Assembly: GCA_030429505.1 (NCBI GenBank)
Contig: JAUIFI010000001.1
Span: forward strand, 900,001-932,000
Reading direction: 5' to 3'
DNA: 32,000 nucleotides
From: Candidatus Saccharimonadota bacterium
Lineage (GTDB): Bacteria; Patescibacteriota; Gracilibacteria; UBA4473
The position numbers and the translations under genes were made by a program. The notes beneath the pieces were generated by a model. It had not been told where the DNA came from and ran no database searches. It saw nothing but the letters and a program-made list of their open reading frames with translations. Below are positions 1-8,667 of the stretch, piece after piece. Within the stretch, counting starts at the first letter, position 1. Every line of letters begins with the position of its first letter.

Positions 1-1566
1 ATGGATCTGAATAGCCTTTCCCTCAACCAACCGAGGCTTAAATGCCTGAATACCAAGCCTATGAAGAGTTGGAGCTCGATTAAGTAAGACATGCTTATCA
101 CGAATTACCTCCTCAAGCACATCCCACACAATCTTTTCTCCACTTTTTATAATTTTTTCAGCGCTCTTTACATTAAAAGCCAACTCATACTTCACCAAAC
201 GAGAAATCACAAAAGGCTTAAATAATTCAAGCATAATATACTTTGGCAAACCACACTCATCTATCCTTAGTTGTGGCCCAACCACAATCACAGAACGACC
301 AGAGTAATCCACTCGTTTTCCCAAAAGATTTTGTCGAAAACGCCCCTGCTTTCCTTTTAACATATCAGACAATGATTTGAGTTTTCGTTTTTGAACGTAA
401 TTCATCCCTGCTTTTGAGTTTCTCACTTGATTCGAAATCAAAATATCCACAGCCTCTTGGAGCATTCGTTTTTCATTTCGACAAATAATTTCAGGAGCTC
501 CAAGTTGAATTAGTTTCTTAAGACGCTGATTCCTATTAATAACCCTACGATACAAATCATTAAGATCTGAGGTTGCAAACCTTCCGCCATCCAATTGAAC
601 CATGGGCCGAAGATCTGGAGGAATAACCGGAATAACCGTTAAAACCATCCACTCTGGTTTCATCTTGCTTCGATGAAAAGACCCAGCCAATCTCATCCTT
701 TTTACAATCTTTTTCTGTTTTTGCCCAGAAGATTTTTTATACTCCTCCTTCATATCACTAATAAATTTTTCTAAATTTATACGTTGCAAAAGCTCTCGAA
801 CAGCATCAGCACCCACCCCAGCTCGAAAAATATTTCCAAACTTCATAGAAACATTTCTATAATCACTCTCTGTTAAAACCTCTCCCTCTCGAAGAAGTTT
901 TAGTTCACCCTTTGCGGTGTCAAAATTCTCATTAATGCTTTCTAAATTCGCCACCAATTCCTGCTCAAGAGTAATAATGTCGGCTTCTTTTATATCCCCA
1001 GCCTTTAAAGATTTTTTAGCAGCACTCAAACTCTCACTATTCTCTTTTTTCGTTTGCTCTATCATTTTTTTATACTCCTCTTCTAATTTAACCAACTCTT
1101 TTTCTTTAGCATCTTCATCAACATCAACCACAATATATGAAGCAAAATAAACAACTTGTTCTAACCTTTTCACCGGCAACCCCAAAAGCAAACCTATTTT
1201 TGAAGGGGTTGAGCGTAGAAACCAAGTATGTGTTACTGGCACAGCAAGTTTTATATGCCCCATCTGCTCTCGGCGAACAATTGAGCGCGTCACCTCCACA
1301 CCACACACTTCACAAACAATTCCTCGATATCGAATTCGTTTATATTTTCCACAAGCACATTCCCAGTTTTTTACTGGACCAAAAACCTTTTGACAAAAAA
1401 GACCATCTCTCTCAGGTTTTTGAGTTCTATAATTAATAGTCTCCGGTTTTGTAATCTCTCCACGAGACCATCCTAAAATATCTTCAGGGGAAGCAATCGA
1501 CAAGGCAATAGCATTAAAGTCTTTTGCTGGCTTACGTCCGGAAGAAGTTTGAGAAGGAGGAACCAT
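1..1566 (-). CDS. rpoC: DNA-directed RNA polymerase subunit beta-prime, N-terminal 522 codons (ORF continues past the left edge)
   Basis: The ORF track omits it because no stop codon lies inside the window. Manual reverse-strand translation from the ATG at 1566 gives [75 protein letters not shown]. Further on come [34 protein letters not shown] and [16 protein letters not shown], all hallmark beta-prime motifs. The frame stays open to base 1. Confidence 0.95.
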   Translation of the reverse strand, partial: MVPPSQTSSGRKPAKDFNAIALSIASPEDILGWSRGEITKPETINYRTQKPERDGLFCQKVFGPVKNWECACGKYKRIRYRGIVCEVCGVEVTRSIVRREQMGHIKLAVPVTHTWFLRSTPSKIGLLLGLPVKRLEQVVYFASYIVVDVDEDAKEKELVKLEEEYKKMIEQTKKENSESLSAAKKSLKAGDIKEADIITLEQELVANLESINENFDTAKGELKLLREGEVLTESDYRNVSMKFGNIFRAGVGADAVRELLQRINLEKFISDMKEEYKKSSGQKQKKIVKRMRLAGSFHRSKMKPEWMVLTVIPVIPPDLRPMVQLDGGRFATSDLNDLYRRVINRNQRLKKLIQLGAPEIICRNEKRMLQEAVDILISNQVRNSKAGMNYVQKRKLKSLSDMLKGKQGRFRQNLLGKRVDYSGRSVIVVGPQLRIDECGLPKYIMLELFKPFVISRLVKYELAFNVKSAEKIIKSGEKIVWDVLEEVIRDKHVLLNRAPTLHRLGIQAFKPRLVEGKAIQIH

Positions 1567-1571
1567 AGGAT

Positions 1572-1604
1572 AAAAAAGAAAGAAAAAAAGACGTTCAAAC
1601 GTCT
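1572..1604 (-). terminator. Terminator-like hairpin plus U-tract inside the rpoC leader (possible attenuator)
   Basis: AGACGTTCAAACGTCT (1589-1604) is a perfect palindrome, giving a 6-bp stem with a 4-nt loop. On the reverse strand it is followed by TTTTTTTCTTTCTTTTTT, which ends 5 nt before the rpoC ATG. Confidence 0.4.
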
Positions 1605-1662
1605 ACACAAACTAAGAAATTGGATCTAAAAGATATATACACCAAAAATCATGATCGCCAGC

Positions 1663-1690
1663 ATTGTAGGAACAAAAAACAAAGCGTCAA
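1663..1690 (-). promoter_or_regulatory. Candidate sigma70-type promoter for rpoC
   Basis: The reverse strand reads TTGACG (1690-1685), a 16-nt spacer, then TACAAT (1668-1663). The same TACAAT -10 recurs at other candidate promoters in this window. It predicts a leader of about 90 nt. Confidence 0.4.
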
Positions 1691-2037
1691 GTTATTTTAT
1701 CCCCATTAAAACATTTCTATTTTATTAGAATTAATAAATATTTAAAAATTAGTTATATAGAAAAGAAAAAATGTGAAAAAAAAAAGATCTTTATTTAAAA
1801 AGGTTTTTTAAATTATTTGACTTTTTTGATCAAAAAATAATTTCTTATTTATTTTCAATTTTTTAAAATTTGTATTCATTATTTTTTCCTTTTCTATAGA
1901 TATTTCTTATGAAACAAAAAAAGATTCTGAAATATCCATTTATTTTTGTGGAAAACTTTTGGAAAAAAAGACAAAAACCTCAATTTTTTTTGTGTAAAAA
2001 CAAAGAAGAGTAAAAAAGTTTTCCCAAATTATTTGAC

Positions 2038-3234
2038 CTATATGAGCTGATTTTCACAAATTTTTACTCCAGGGATTAGGATTGTGTTTTTTTTGATTTG
2101 AGCCCCTTTACCAATAATAGCTCCAAGCTTTGGGCGATAAGAATCAATAAGATTCTTTTTTACTTCAACTTGAATATTTTTTTTATCTGATCGAATGTTA
2201 TTAGTTCTCGACGACTCCCCAAAAGAAACCTCGCGATCAATGATTGAATCTAAAACAAATCCGTTTGTATTTACTCGACTATCACTTCCCAAAAAACTCC
2301 TCTCTACTTTAACCCTATCCCCAAGAATACAACTACGACCAATATTCGACTGCCCAACAAAACTTTCCCTTCCTATAAAAACATCCCTTCCTATAAAACA
2401 TGGACCCTCAATCACAGTGTTTTCTAAAATTTTAACTCCCTTAGAAATAACAATAGATTCACCCCGAAAAACAACACTGGAATCTATTTCAGATTTAGGG
2501 GAAATAAATAATTCTTGTCGACCCAAAAACCCCTGCATCATATCCAAAACATGCCAAGGATATTTAATAGCCTGCCAATATCCTTTATAAGACACAGCTT
2601 TTATTTTCTTCAATACAATAAGTTTTTCCAGCGCATTTGCGTATTTATCATGATGTATTTCTTGAGAAGGAAGTGAAACAAGGGATTGGAAAACTTCTTT
2701 TACATCACTAGCCCTTTGAAAATAATCAGCCACAATACGAACCAAGCTTGAAGGTTCATTTCCTTCCCCTGGTTTTTCAACCATTGATTGAATAATATTA
2801 CCATCATCAATTTCAAAATAACCCCCAGGAAAATAATAATCCATTTGTTTTGCCAAAAAACTACCATCACACCCCTTTGCCTGTTCAACCATTGATTGAT
2901 AAATATTACCATCAACACAGTCATTTCCACCTAAAATAAACAAAGGCTCGTCATCACTTACAAAAGAAAAAGAAGCCTGAATAGCATTAAACATACCACC
3001 TTCAGGATCTTCTTGGAGGGCTATATCTGCTGAAAAATTGTGCTTCTGTAAAACAGATTTAACAAAGTTTTTATTATACTTATTGGCAACCACCACAAAA
3101 TTTCGAAGCCCCCCTCTTTCAGCATTTTTCAAAAGTTTTATCAATAAAGGCTCTCCTCCAAATTCTAGTAAATTCTTATCTGACAAAGGCATGACCCGAG
3201 AGCTTTGACCAGCAACCAAGAAGACAGTTTTCAT
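2038..3234 (-). CDS. Sugar-phosphate nucleotidyltransferase with C-terminal left-handed beta-helix (GlmU / archaeal-type G1P nucleotidyltransferase-like)
   Basis: The likely start is MKTVFLVAGQSSRVMPL, a GxGxR-like NTP-transferase loop. The track start at 3312 adds 26 residues that do not look protein-like. The C-terminal half is hexapeptide-repeat-like (IGRDVFIGRESFVGQSNIGRSCILGDRVKV). The start overlaps the upstream stop by 4 bp. Confidence 0.75.
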   Translation of the reverse strand: MKTVFLVAGQSSRVMPLSDKNLLEFGGEPLLIKLLKNAERGGLRNFVVVANKYNKNFVKSVLQKHNFSADIALQEDPEGGMFNAIQASFSFVSDDEPLFILGGNDCVDGNIYQSMVEQAKGCDGSFLAKQMDYYFPGGYFEIDDGNIIQSMVEKPGEGNEPSSLVRIVADYFQRASDVKEVFQSLVSLPSQEIHHDKYANALEKLIVLKKIKAVSYKGYWQAIKYPWHVLDMMQGFLGRQELFISPKSEIDSSVVFRGESIVISKGVKILENTVIEGPCFIGRDVFIGRESFVGQSNIGRSCILGDRVKVERSFLGSDSRVNTNGFVLDSIIDREVSFGESSRTNNIRSDKKNIQVEVKKNLIDSYRPKLGAIIGKGAQIKKNTILIPGVKICENQLI

Positions 3235-4160
3235 TTTTGTACAAAAATATGAGTAAATCGTTCTGGCAGAGAAGCAAATCGTTCCATAAATTTCGTGTGA
3301 TGATCTGTCCAAAACTGTGATTCAAACATTCGAATAAGAGAAAGTTTTTTAGTATCAATTATTTCAGATTGAGGATTATGTTCATGAATACCATGAATAA
3401 TATATTCATAAACACTCGATTGTATAGCCCCCTCCCTCAAGACTTCTTTTACGAGCCTTGCTGTCACCTGATGGTCAGGATGGACGTCAGAAATTTCAGA
3501 AGGAATAAAAACCTCTCCCACATTCCAACGACCCAACAAGCGAGTAATGTTATGCTTTAGATGATAGCGGCTATAAGGAGAATGTGGAAACATGCTCTCA
3601 AAAGAACTTCTTCCTTGTTGTGTGCTCGAGCTTTTCACTACCCCTTTCTTATCGATGGTATCAAGGTGTCCATCTGGAAAGCCAAGAAAAAATAAATCAG
3701 ATTTTTTTAACCCTAAAGCCTGAGCAGCCCTTTGAGATTCTTCTTTTCTAGTACGACCATATTCTTGAGCCTCATGGGCACTTCCATTAAGCAATCTATC
3801 ACCATTAGTTATATAAATAACCCTTACCGACTCCTTATTCGCTATTTTTTCGCTTATTTTTTGAGAGCAACACAAAATTTCATCATCAGGATGAGGAGCG
3901 AAAATGACCGTAATTTTGTCTGGACGAACTATTTCGCTTTTTTCTTGGTAAGAGGGAGGGGAATTTCGCCCTTTAGTATCAATGAGCTGCCTTTTGGGAA
4001 GTTTTTTCTGAAAGTAAAAAGAGGTATTTTTTTGTGTTTCCATAGGTTTAGTAACCAGTCTCATCTGATTTCGATGAATATTTTCATCACCAGATTTATG
4101 CACTTGAGTCCAAAACAAAGCCGATAAAGCTATATGTTCCATATAAAAAACAATCAACAC
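3231..4160 (-). CDS. PIG-L/LmbE-family N-acetylglucosaminyl deacetylase with N-terminal hydrophobic segment
   Basis: It carries VIFAPHPDDEILCC (the AHPDDE motif) and DVHPDHQVTARL (the HPDH motif). The start could instead be the ATG at 4142. Confidence 0.8.
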   Translation of the reverse strand: MLIVFYMEHIALSALFWTQVHKSGDENIHRNQMRLVTKPMETQKNTSFYFQKKLPKRQLIDTKGRNSPPSYQEKSEIVRPDKITVIFAPHPDDEILCCSQKISEKIANKESVRVIYITNGDRLLNGSAHEAQEYGRTRKEESQRAAQALGLKKSDLFFLGFPDGHLDTIDKKGVVKSSSTQQGRSSFESMFPHSPYSRYHLKHNITRLLGRWNVGEVFIPSEISDVHPDHQVTARLVKEVLREGAIQSSVYEYIIHGIHEHNPQSEIIDTKKLSLIRMFESQFWTDHHTKFMERFASLPERFTHIFVQK

Positions 4161-4726
4161 ACTTCTCCATTATCCAAAGGAATAGTTTTTTTTTCAATCA
4201 CAAAACCCTCATCCCCTCCTTCCTGAGCGAAATCGATCGTACAGTTTTGTAAAAACTTCCAGCTTTCAGTATTGAGGAAAAGTAATACATCTCCACAAGG
4301 AAGTACTCGATCCCCCCTTTCAGGCTTTTCCAGAAAATCTAAAAAATAAGAAACCTCTTTATCGTCACTAGAGAATACGACATCAATTTTAAAGCCAAAT
4401 CCCTCCTGGCCTGACTCTTTTTGAAAATCCTGTACCTTTTTTTGAGCCTTGGAAGTCATGGTCGGAAAAGAATCTTTATTATGACTCTGTAAGATCACAT
4501 CATTAGCTGCTTCATTTAGATCATCCAAAATTCTTGTAAAATCTTCTTCACTATAGCCATGTCCCAAAACCCCCTCCTTGAGAGGCTCATGAACATTAAA
4601 GGCACAACTGACACAGCTTAATCCATGAGACAATAAAATATCAGAAGCTTCTGGCAGAAGAAAAAGAACATCGGCAATCGTTTCATTACCAGTAAAATCA
4701 ATTTTTTTTGTTTTTGGAGAAGCCAT
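4154..4726 (-). CDS. DUF1858 (hybrid-cluster-associated redox disulfide domain) fused to an IscA/HesB-like domain that lacks the usual cysteines
   Basis: From the ATG at 4726 it reads MASPKTKKIDFTGNETIADVLFLLPEASDILLSHGLSCVSCAFNVHEPLKEGVLGHGYSEEDF. HGLxCxxC is the DUF1858 signature. The C-terminal GFGFKIDVV...DFAQEGGDEGFVIE resembles the HesB fold pattern. The track start at 4870 looks like an artefactual extension. Confidence 0.6.
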   Translation of the reverse strand: MASPKTKKIDFTGNETIADVLFLLPEASDILLSHGLSCVSCAFNVHEPLKEGVLGHGYSEEDFTRILDDLNEAANDVILQSHNKDSFPTMTSKAQKKVQDFQKESGQEGFGFKIDVVFSSDDKEVSYFLDFLEKPERGDRVLPCGDVLLFLNTESWKFLQNCTIDFAQEGGDEGFVIEKKTIPLDNGEVC

Positions 4727-4751
4727 AAAATGAGATGTTAATCGAAGTATG

Positions 4752-4967
4752 CTAAATCTCTTTCCAAGTGTTGGGGTGTAGTTCTTGGATGGATTGAATA
4801 CTTTGAGCTGGAATCTGAGAAGTGAAGGAAGGAAAAACGACGGGTTCGAATATGATTTTTCCGTTTTCAACAGAACAGGTGAAATTTTCCACAGGAAATT
4901 GATCCCGAATTTTTTTCGGAATAGTTACTTGTCCTCTTTCTGATACGGAGAGAATTTTTTGTCCCAT
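4752..4967 (-). CDS. AbrB/SpoVT/MazE-type looped-hinge-helix DNA-binding protein
   Basis: From the ATG at 4967 it reads MGQKILSVSERGQVTIPKKIRDQFPVENF, the typical SpoVT-AbrB domain start. The track N-terminus (MWKIINSYFQYFIF...) is a low-complexity extension into the promoter region. Confidence 0.65.
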   Translation of the reverse strand: MGQKILSVSERGQVTIPKKIRDQFPVENFTCSVENGKIIFEPVVFPSFTSQIPAQSIQSIQELHPNTWKEI

Positions 4968-4994
4968 CACACCAAGAACATAAAAAAATAAAAA

Positions 4995-5038
4995 AATATG
5001 TAAATAGGAATTACGGTATTTATGAAAATATGTAAATA
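4995..5038. repeat. Two exact copies of the 12-mer AATATGTAAATA, 32 bp apart, in a divergent promoter region
   Basis: The exact copies are at 4995-5006 and 5027-5038. A related half-copy, AATATGAATTTA, sits at 5051-5062. All lie between the AbrB-like gene (-) and smpB (+). Confidence 0.6.
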
Positions 5039-5147
5039 TGAAATACTGAAAATATGAATTTATTATTTTCCACAAAAACCAAGCACATCACAAAAAAAGA
5101 TTCAAAAAATTCGACACCAAAACCTTTCTCTCTTACATTCAAATCAA

Positions 5148-5591
5148 ATGATTTTGCTCGAAAACAAACGCATTCGATTTGAATACGAAGTGATCGAGAC
5201 ATTGAGTGCCGGCATGGTACTTGAAGGATGGGAGGTAAAATCTCTTCGCTCCAAACACGGAAGCCTTAAGTCCGCTTGGATAAAAATCACAGAAAACGAA
5301 ACATGGCTCGAAAATTTTCAAATCCCCGCTTGGCCCTTCTCTACACAAGAACAAAATAAAAACCGCTCCAAAAAATTACTTCTCACCAAGAAAGAAATTC
5401 ACAAACTTCAACGAAAAACAAAAGAAAAAGGCATTACCCTTGTCCCTCTTTCCATTCAAACACAAGGCAAACACATAAAATGCGAAATTGCTCTTGGAAA
5501 AGGACGAAAAAAATACGAAAAAAAAGAGCGTCTTAAAGAAAGAGATGTTAAGCGACAAACAGCCCAGACATTGAAAAAATTTGCCAACTAA
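5148..5591 (+). CDS. smpB: SsrA-binding protein SmpB
   Basis: ENKRIRFEYEVIETLSAGMVLEGWEVKSLR plus a basic C-terminal tail is the typical SmpB pattern. Confidence 0.9.
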   Translation: MILLENKRIRFEYEVIETLSAGMVLEGWEVKSLRSKHGSLKSAWIKITENETWLENFQIPAWPFSTQEQNKNRSKKLLLTKKEIHKLQRKTKEKGITLVPLSIQTQGKHIKCEIALGKGRKKYEKKERLKERDVKRQTAQTLKKFAN

Positions 5592-5605
5592 GCTAGCCTC
5601 TCACT

Positions 5606-6058
5606 ATGAAAATATCTCGATGTTCTCTAGCGAATTCAAAAGTCATTGATTCAAGAATTAGTGATAACGGAAACGCCATTCGTCGACGTCGAGAATGCGA
5701 AGCCACAGGGATTCGTTTTACTACTTTTGAACGGATCCAAGGCTACAACCTTCTGGTCATCAAAAAGGACGGTACTACTGAGCCCTACGACCGAGAAAAA
5801 CTCGAAAAAAGCATTATTATAGCATGTGGAAAGCGCCCCATCTCTCTCGAAGCTATCCATGAAAAACTATCAGAATTAGAAGAAAGGTGGTCTCAAAAAG
5901 AAAAAATAACTTCACAAAAAATAGGTGAAGATATCATGAATATGTTAGGAGAGATCGACGACGTCGCCTACATACGGTTTGCATCCGTTTACAAACAATT
6001 TAAAGATGTCGAAACTTTTAAAAAAGAATTTGAAAAGCTTTTTGAGTCAAAAAAATGA
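5606..6058 (+). CDS. nrdR: NrdR-family transcriptional repressor (ATP-cone) with a degenerate zinc ribbon
   Basis: It has KVIDSR...NAIRRRRECEATGIRFTTFE followed by the ATP-cone tail VAYIRFASVYKQFKDVETF. An in-frame TAG at 5594-5596 rules out a longer N-terminus. Confidence 0.85.
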   Translation: MKISRCSLANSKVIDSRISDNGNAIRRRRECEATGIRFTTFERIQGYNLLVIKKDGTTEPYDREKLEKSIIIACGKRPISLEAIHEKLSELEERWSQKEKITSQKIGEDIMNMLGEIDDVAYIRFASVYKQFKDVETFKKEFEKLFESKK

Positions 6059-6618
6059 AAAACATTGTTTTAATTGGCATACAAGGATCTGGAAAAGGGA
6101 CACAAGCTCGGATTTTAATCGAAAAATTTGGTTACATACTCTTTGAAACCGGAGCGGAACTCAGAAAAATAGCAGAAGAAAACACTTCTCTGGGAAAAAG
6201 TATAAAAGCCATACTTGAGCGAGGAGACCTTGTTTCAAACGATATTACCATGCAGGTCATAGATAATTTCTTAAACAACACACCGCCCGAAAAGGCAATT
6301 ATCTTTGACAGTATGCCAAGATTTGAAGAACAAAGAATAAGCTTCGAAGCCTTAGCCGCCCAAAAACAACGAGACTTTATCGTCCTTGAAATTCATCTCT
6401 CAAAAGAAGAAGCAATCAAAAGACTCCTCAAAAGAGCTACAATTGAAAAGAGAGCCGATGACACTCCAGCAGGCATTGAACGACGAATTCAAAACTTTTA
6501 CGATCACACCAAGCCCATGCTTGAAGCTTGGAAAAAAGAGGGAAAAGTTATTTCCATTAACGGAGAGCAGAGCGTAGAAGAAGTATCCTCAGATATTTTA
6601 AAAGCACTCTCACGATGA
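6055..6618 (+). CDS. adk: Adenylate kinase (short-lid type)
   Basis: It has the P-loop GIQGSGKGTQ and an adk-like LID/core sequence. The start overlaps the nrdR stop in an ATGA. The adk-map order is conserved. Confidence 0.85.
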   Translation: MKNIVLIGIQGSGKGTQARILIEKFGYILFETGAELRKIAEENTSLGKSIKAILERGDLVSNDITMQVIDNFLNNTPPEKAIIFDSMPRFEEQRISFEALAAQKQRDFIVLEIHLSKEEAIKRLLKRATIEKRADDTPAGIERRIQNFYDHTKPMLEAWKKEGKVISINGEQSVEEVSSDILKALSR

Positions 6619-7364
6619 ATTTTCGACCAAAAACAAAAGAAGAATTAACTCTCATGCGCAAGGCCGGAGATATTTTAAAATCAGTCCAAAAGAGCTTACA
6701 AAAACATATCAAACCAGGAATTACTCTTTTGGAGCTAGACACCATTGCCGAAGACATAATTCGTACAGCCAACGCAAAGCCATCTTTCAAGGGTCATCAT
6801 GGGTTCCCCAAAACCCTGTGCACCATGATTAATAGTGAAGTCGTTCATGGCATTCCAGATCAGAGAAAAGTCCGTCAGGGAGATTTATTATCAGTTGATT
6901 GTGGTGTTATTTGGAAAAATTTTCACAGCGATGCAGCCTTTTCTATTATTGTTGGAGGTGACGAAACTCACCCAGAAAGAGCTCAATTTAGCAATACAGT
7001 TCGCAAAGCTCTTTTAGCTGGTTGTAAAGCAGCCAAATCTGGCAATCATATTGGTGACATTGGACAGGCTGTGCAAACTACCATCGAAAGCGCTGGTTAC
7101 AGTTTATGTAAAGAGTTTACCGGACACGGTATCGGGCAAGAGCTATGGGAAGATCCGCATATTTTTAATTACGGACACAAAGGAGAAGGCGAAAAATTAC
7201 TTGAAGGCATGACTATCTGCATTGAACCAATCGTCGCCGTAGGCAATCCAAAAACCAAAACACTTCAAGATGGTTGGACCGTCGTCACTGTCGATGGCAA
7301 AGATGCATGTCAATGGGAGCATTGTGGAATGGTGACCAAAAACGGACTCGAAATTTTTGCGTAA
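6615..7364 (+). CDS. map: Methionine aminopeptidase type I
   Basis: MRKAGDIL...EVVHGIP...DCGV...HSDAAF...TGHGIG...EPIVA are the MetAP-I metal-ligand motifs. The start overlaps the adk stop in an ATGA. Confidence 0.9.
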   Translation: MNFRPKTKEELTLMRKAGDILKSVQKSLQKHIKPGITLLELDTIAEDIIRTANAKPSFKGHHGFPKTLCTMINSEVVHGIPDQRKVRQGDLLSVDCGVIWKNFHSDAAFSIIVGGDETHPERAQFSNTVRKALLAGCKAAKSGNHIGDIGQAVQTTIESAGYSLCKEFTGHGIGQELWEDPHIFNYGHKGEGEKLLEGMTICIEPIVAVGNPKTKTLQDGWTVVTVDGKDACQWEHCGMVTKNGLEIFA

Positions 7365-7378
7365 AAATTGACTTTCCT
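7361..7378 (+). repeat. Copy 1 of the exact 18-mer GTAAAAATTGACTTTCCT
   Basis: It is identical to 14035-14052 and contains TTGACT. It lies 132 nt upstream of the lipoprotein gene. Confidence 0.7.
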
Positions 7379-7509
7379 GAAAAGAGTATTAAAAAGGACA
7401 AAGTTGCATTAAATAGTCAAAATTTTTTTTTGACCAACTAGAATGCGAAAGCTCTTTTCATAAACGGTCAAAAAAAGTATCTGCATAAACCAGCTTATCG
7501 GAGAGTGCT

Positions 7510-8601
7510 ATGAAGTGTTGGAAGTCAATCATTCTTTTGTTGATGGCGTTTGTATTTGTAGCGTGTGATGACGATGAAAGCGTCATCCTGCGTCCAGACT
7601 TTGAATCCAAGACAATTGTTATGGCTACCGGAGAGGTATTAGACTCTGAGCCGCTCTGGAGTTTGTCAGGCACGGAGGTCTTACTCCTTAATCGAGTAAT
7701 TATAGACAATCTTCAAGAAGAGAGAGGAGGAATAAGAGACAATAGGTTGTTTTTTGAAATCAATGTTCTTGGTTTCGAGAGGGTAACGACTTCTAAGTAC
7801 GAAATAACAGGAACTCCCACAGAGTTCCCGGGAGATACTCTCACGATAGTAAGTGATACTACGTGGGGGACTCCAGAAGACCTCATTGGACTCAGGATCA
7901 ACGAAGAGTTCTGGCCAATCGGTGAACAGGTTACGATTTTGCCAGTCGAAACGGCTGGCATTATGGTACAAAACCTTCACGGCGGTAGAGTAGGTCTGGG
8001 CATGATCATGCTTGGGGATTCCTTACCGAACTTAGTAAGACGAGATAGAATCGTACAAGAGTTGATCTCTCAGGATTGGGCTACGTTGGGAGAATACTCC
8101 GAGGTATGGCAGCCAACGCCGGATAAACTGCAAGAGTACGGAATACTTTCTGCTATTCCGACGTTTGACGCACAACTTGAGCAAAGATTTCTCAATATGA
8201 GAACTTCGGAACTCAATCATCGACGTTTTTTAGAATTTTCATTCACATACCAAGAGCTAGAACGTCGTGCTCCCATGAGGTATGGACAGATTTTTTTTAT
8301 TAGTCCTTCAGGAGAAAATGGTGTTATTTTCATAACATCGTACGAGACATTCGAGTTTGTGTGTGAGACTGCAGAAGGAGTTGCCGCTTTGCAGTCGGAT
8401 TTAGAAATACAATTACAGAATACTCGAAAAGGTGGCACAGATAGAGTTCAATCCACGATTGCTTTAATGCAATGGATGGAGCAATATAACGACCGCGAGT
8501 ACACTAGACGCGTACACCAGATGCTTGAAAATATCGAATCCGAAGAGGCGGCATCCATTGTCAGCTTCATAGAGAACCAATTTGGACATTTTTTACGGTA
8601 G
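7510..8601 (+). CDS. Hypothetical lipoprotein
   Basis: It has a signal peptide plus lipobox, MKCWKSIILLLMAFVFVAC followed by DDDE. A GGAGAG Shine-Dalgarno sits 5 nt upstream. I recognise no family. Confidence 0.7.
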   Translation: MKCWKSIILLLMAFVFVACDDDESVILRPDFESKTIVMATGEVLDSEPLWSLSGTEVLLLNRVIIDNLQEERGGIRDNRLFFEINVLGFERVTTSKYEITGTPTEFPGDTLTIVSDTTWGTPEDLIGLRINEEFWPIGEQVTILPVETAGIMVQNLHGGRVGLGMIMLGDSLPNLVRRDRIVQELISQDWATLGEYSEVWQPTPDKLQEYGILSAIPTFDAQLEQRFLNMRTSELNHRRFLEFSFTYQELERRAPMRYGQIFFISPSGENGVIFITSYETFEFVCETAEGVAALQSDLEIQLQNTRKGGTDRVQSTIALMQWMEQYNDREYTRRVHQMLENIESEEAASIVSFIENQFGHFLR

Positions 8602-8624
8602 CGCATCATATTGACCGTTTCTTC

Positions 8625-8667
8625 AAGACCAGAACAAGAAATATATTTTCTTGTTCTGGTCTTTTTT
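8625..8667 (+). terminator. Rho-independent terminator
   Basis: A perfect 17-bp stem, AAGACCAGAACAAGAAA / TTTCTTGTTCTGGTCTT, encloses a 5-nt loop and is followed by a T-run. Confidence 0.85.

Noticed and set aside
917-1436. Track ORFs 917-1150(+), 1124-1306(-) and 1137-1436(+)
   Set aside because: They lie inside or antisense to the rpoC reading frame, which translates into unmistakable beta-prime motifs. The track simply lacks rpoC because its ORF has no stop codon in the window.
4841-4860. GGGTTCGAAT string suggestive of a tRNA T-arm
   Set aside because: The flanking sequence provides no complementary T-stem, acceptor stem or anticodon arm. It lies in the region between the AbrB-like and DUF1858 genes or their 5' extensions. 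I could fold no tRNA anywhere in the window.
7510-8601. Lipoprotein gene as a horizontally acquired island, based on apparently higher G+C than its neighbours
   Set aside because: A spot count gave roughly 47% in one 60-nt sample, against 37% in a sample from adk. However, lepA and other conserved genes are similarly G+C-richer than the A/T-rich small genes. There are also no flanking repeats, tRNA or integrase. Composition alone is not evidence.
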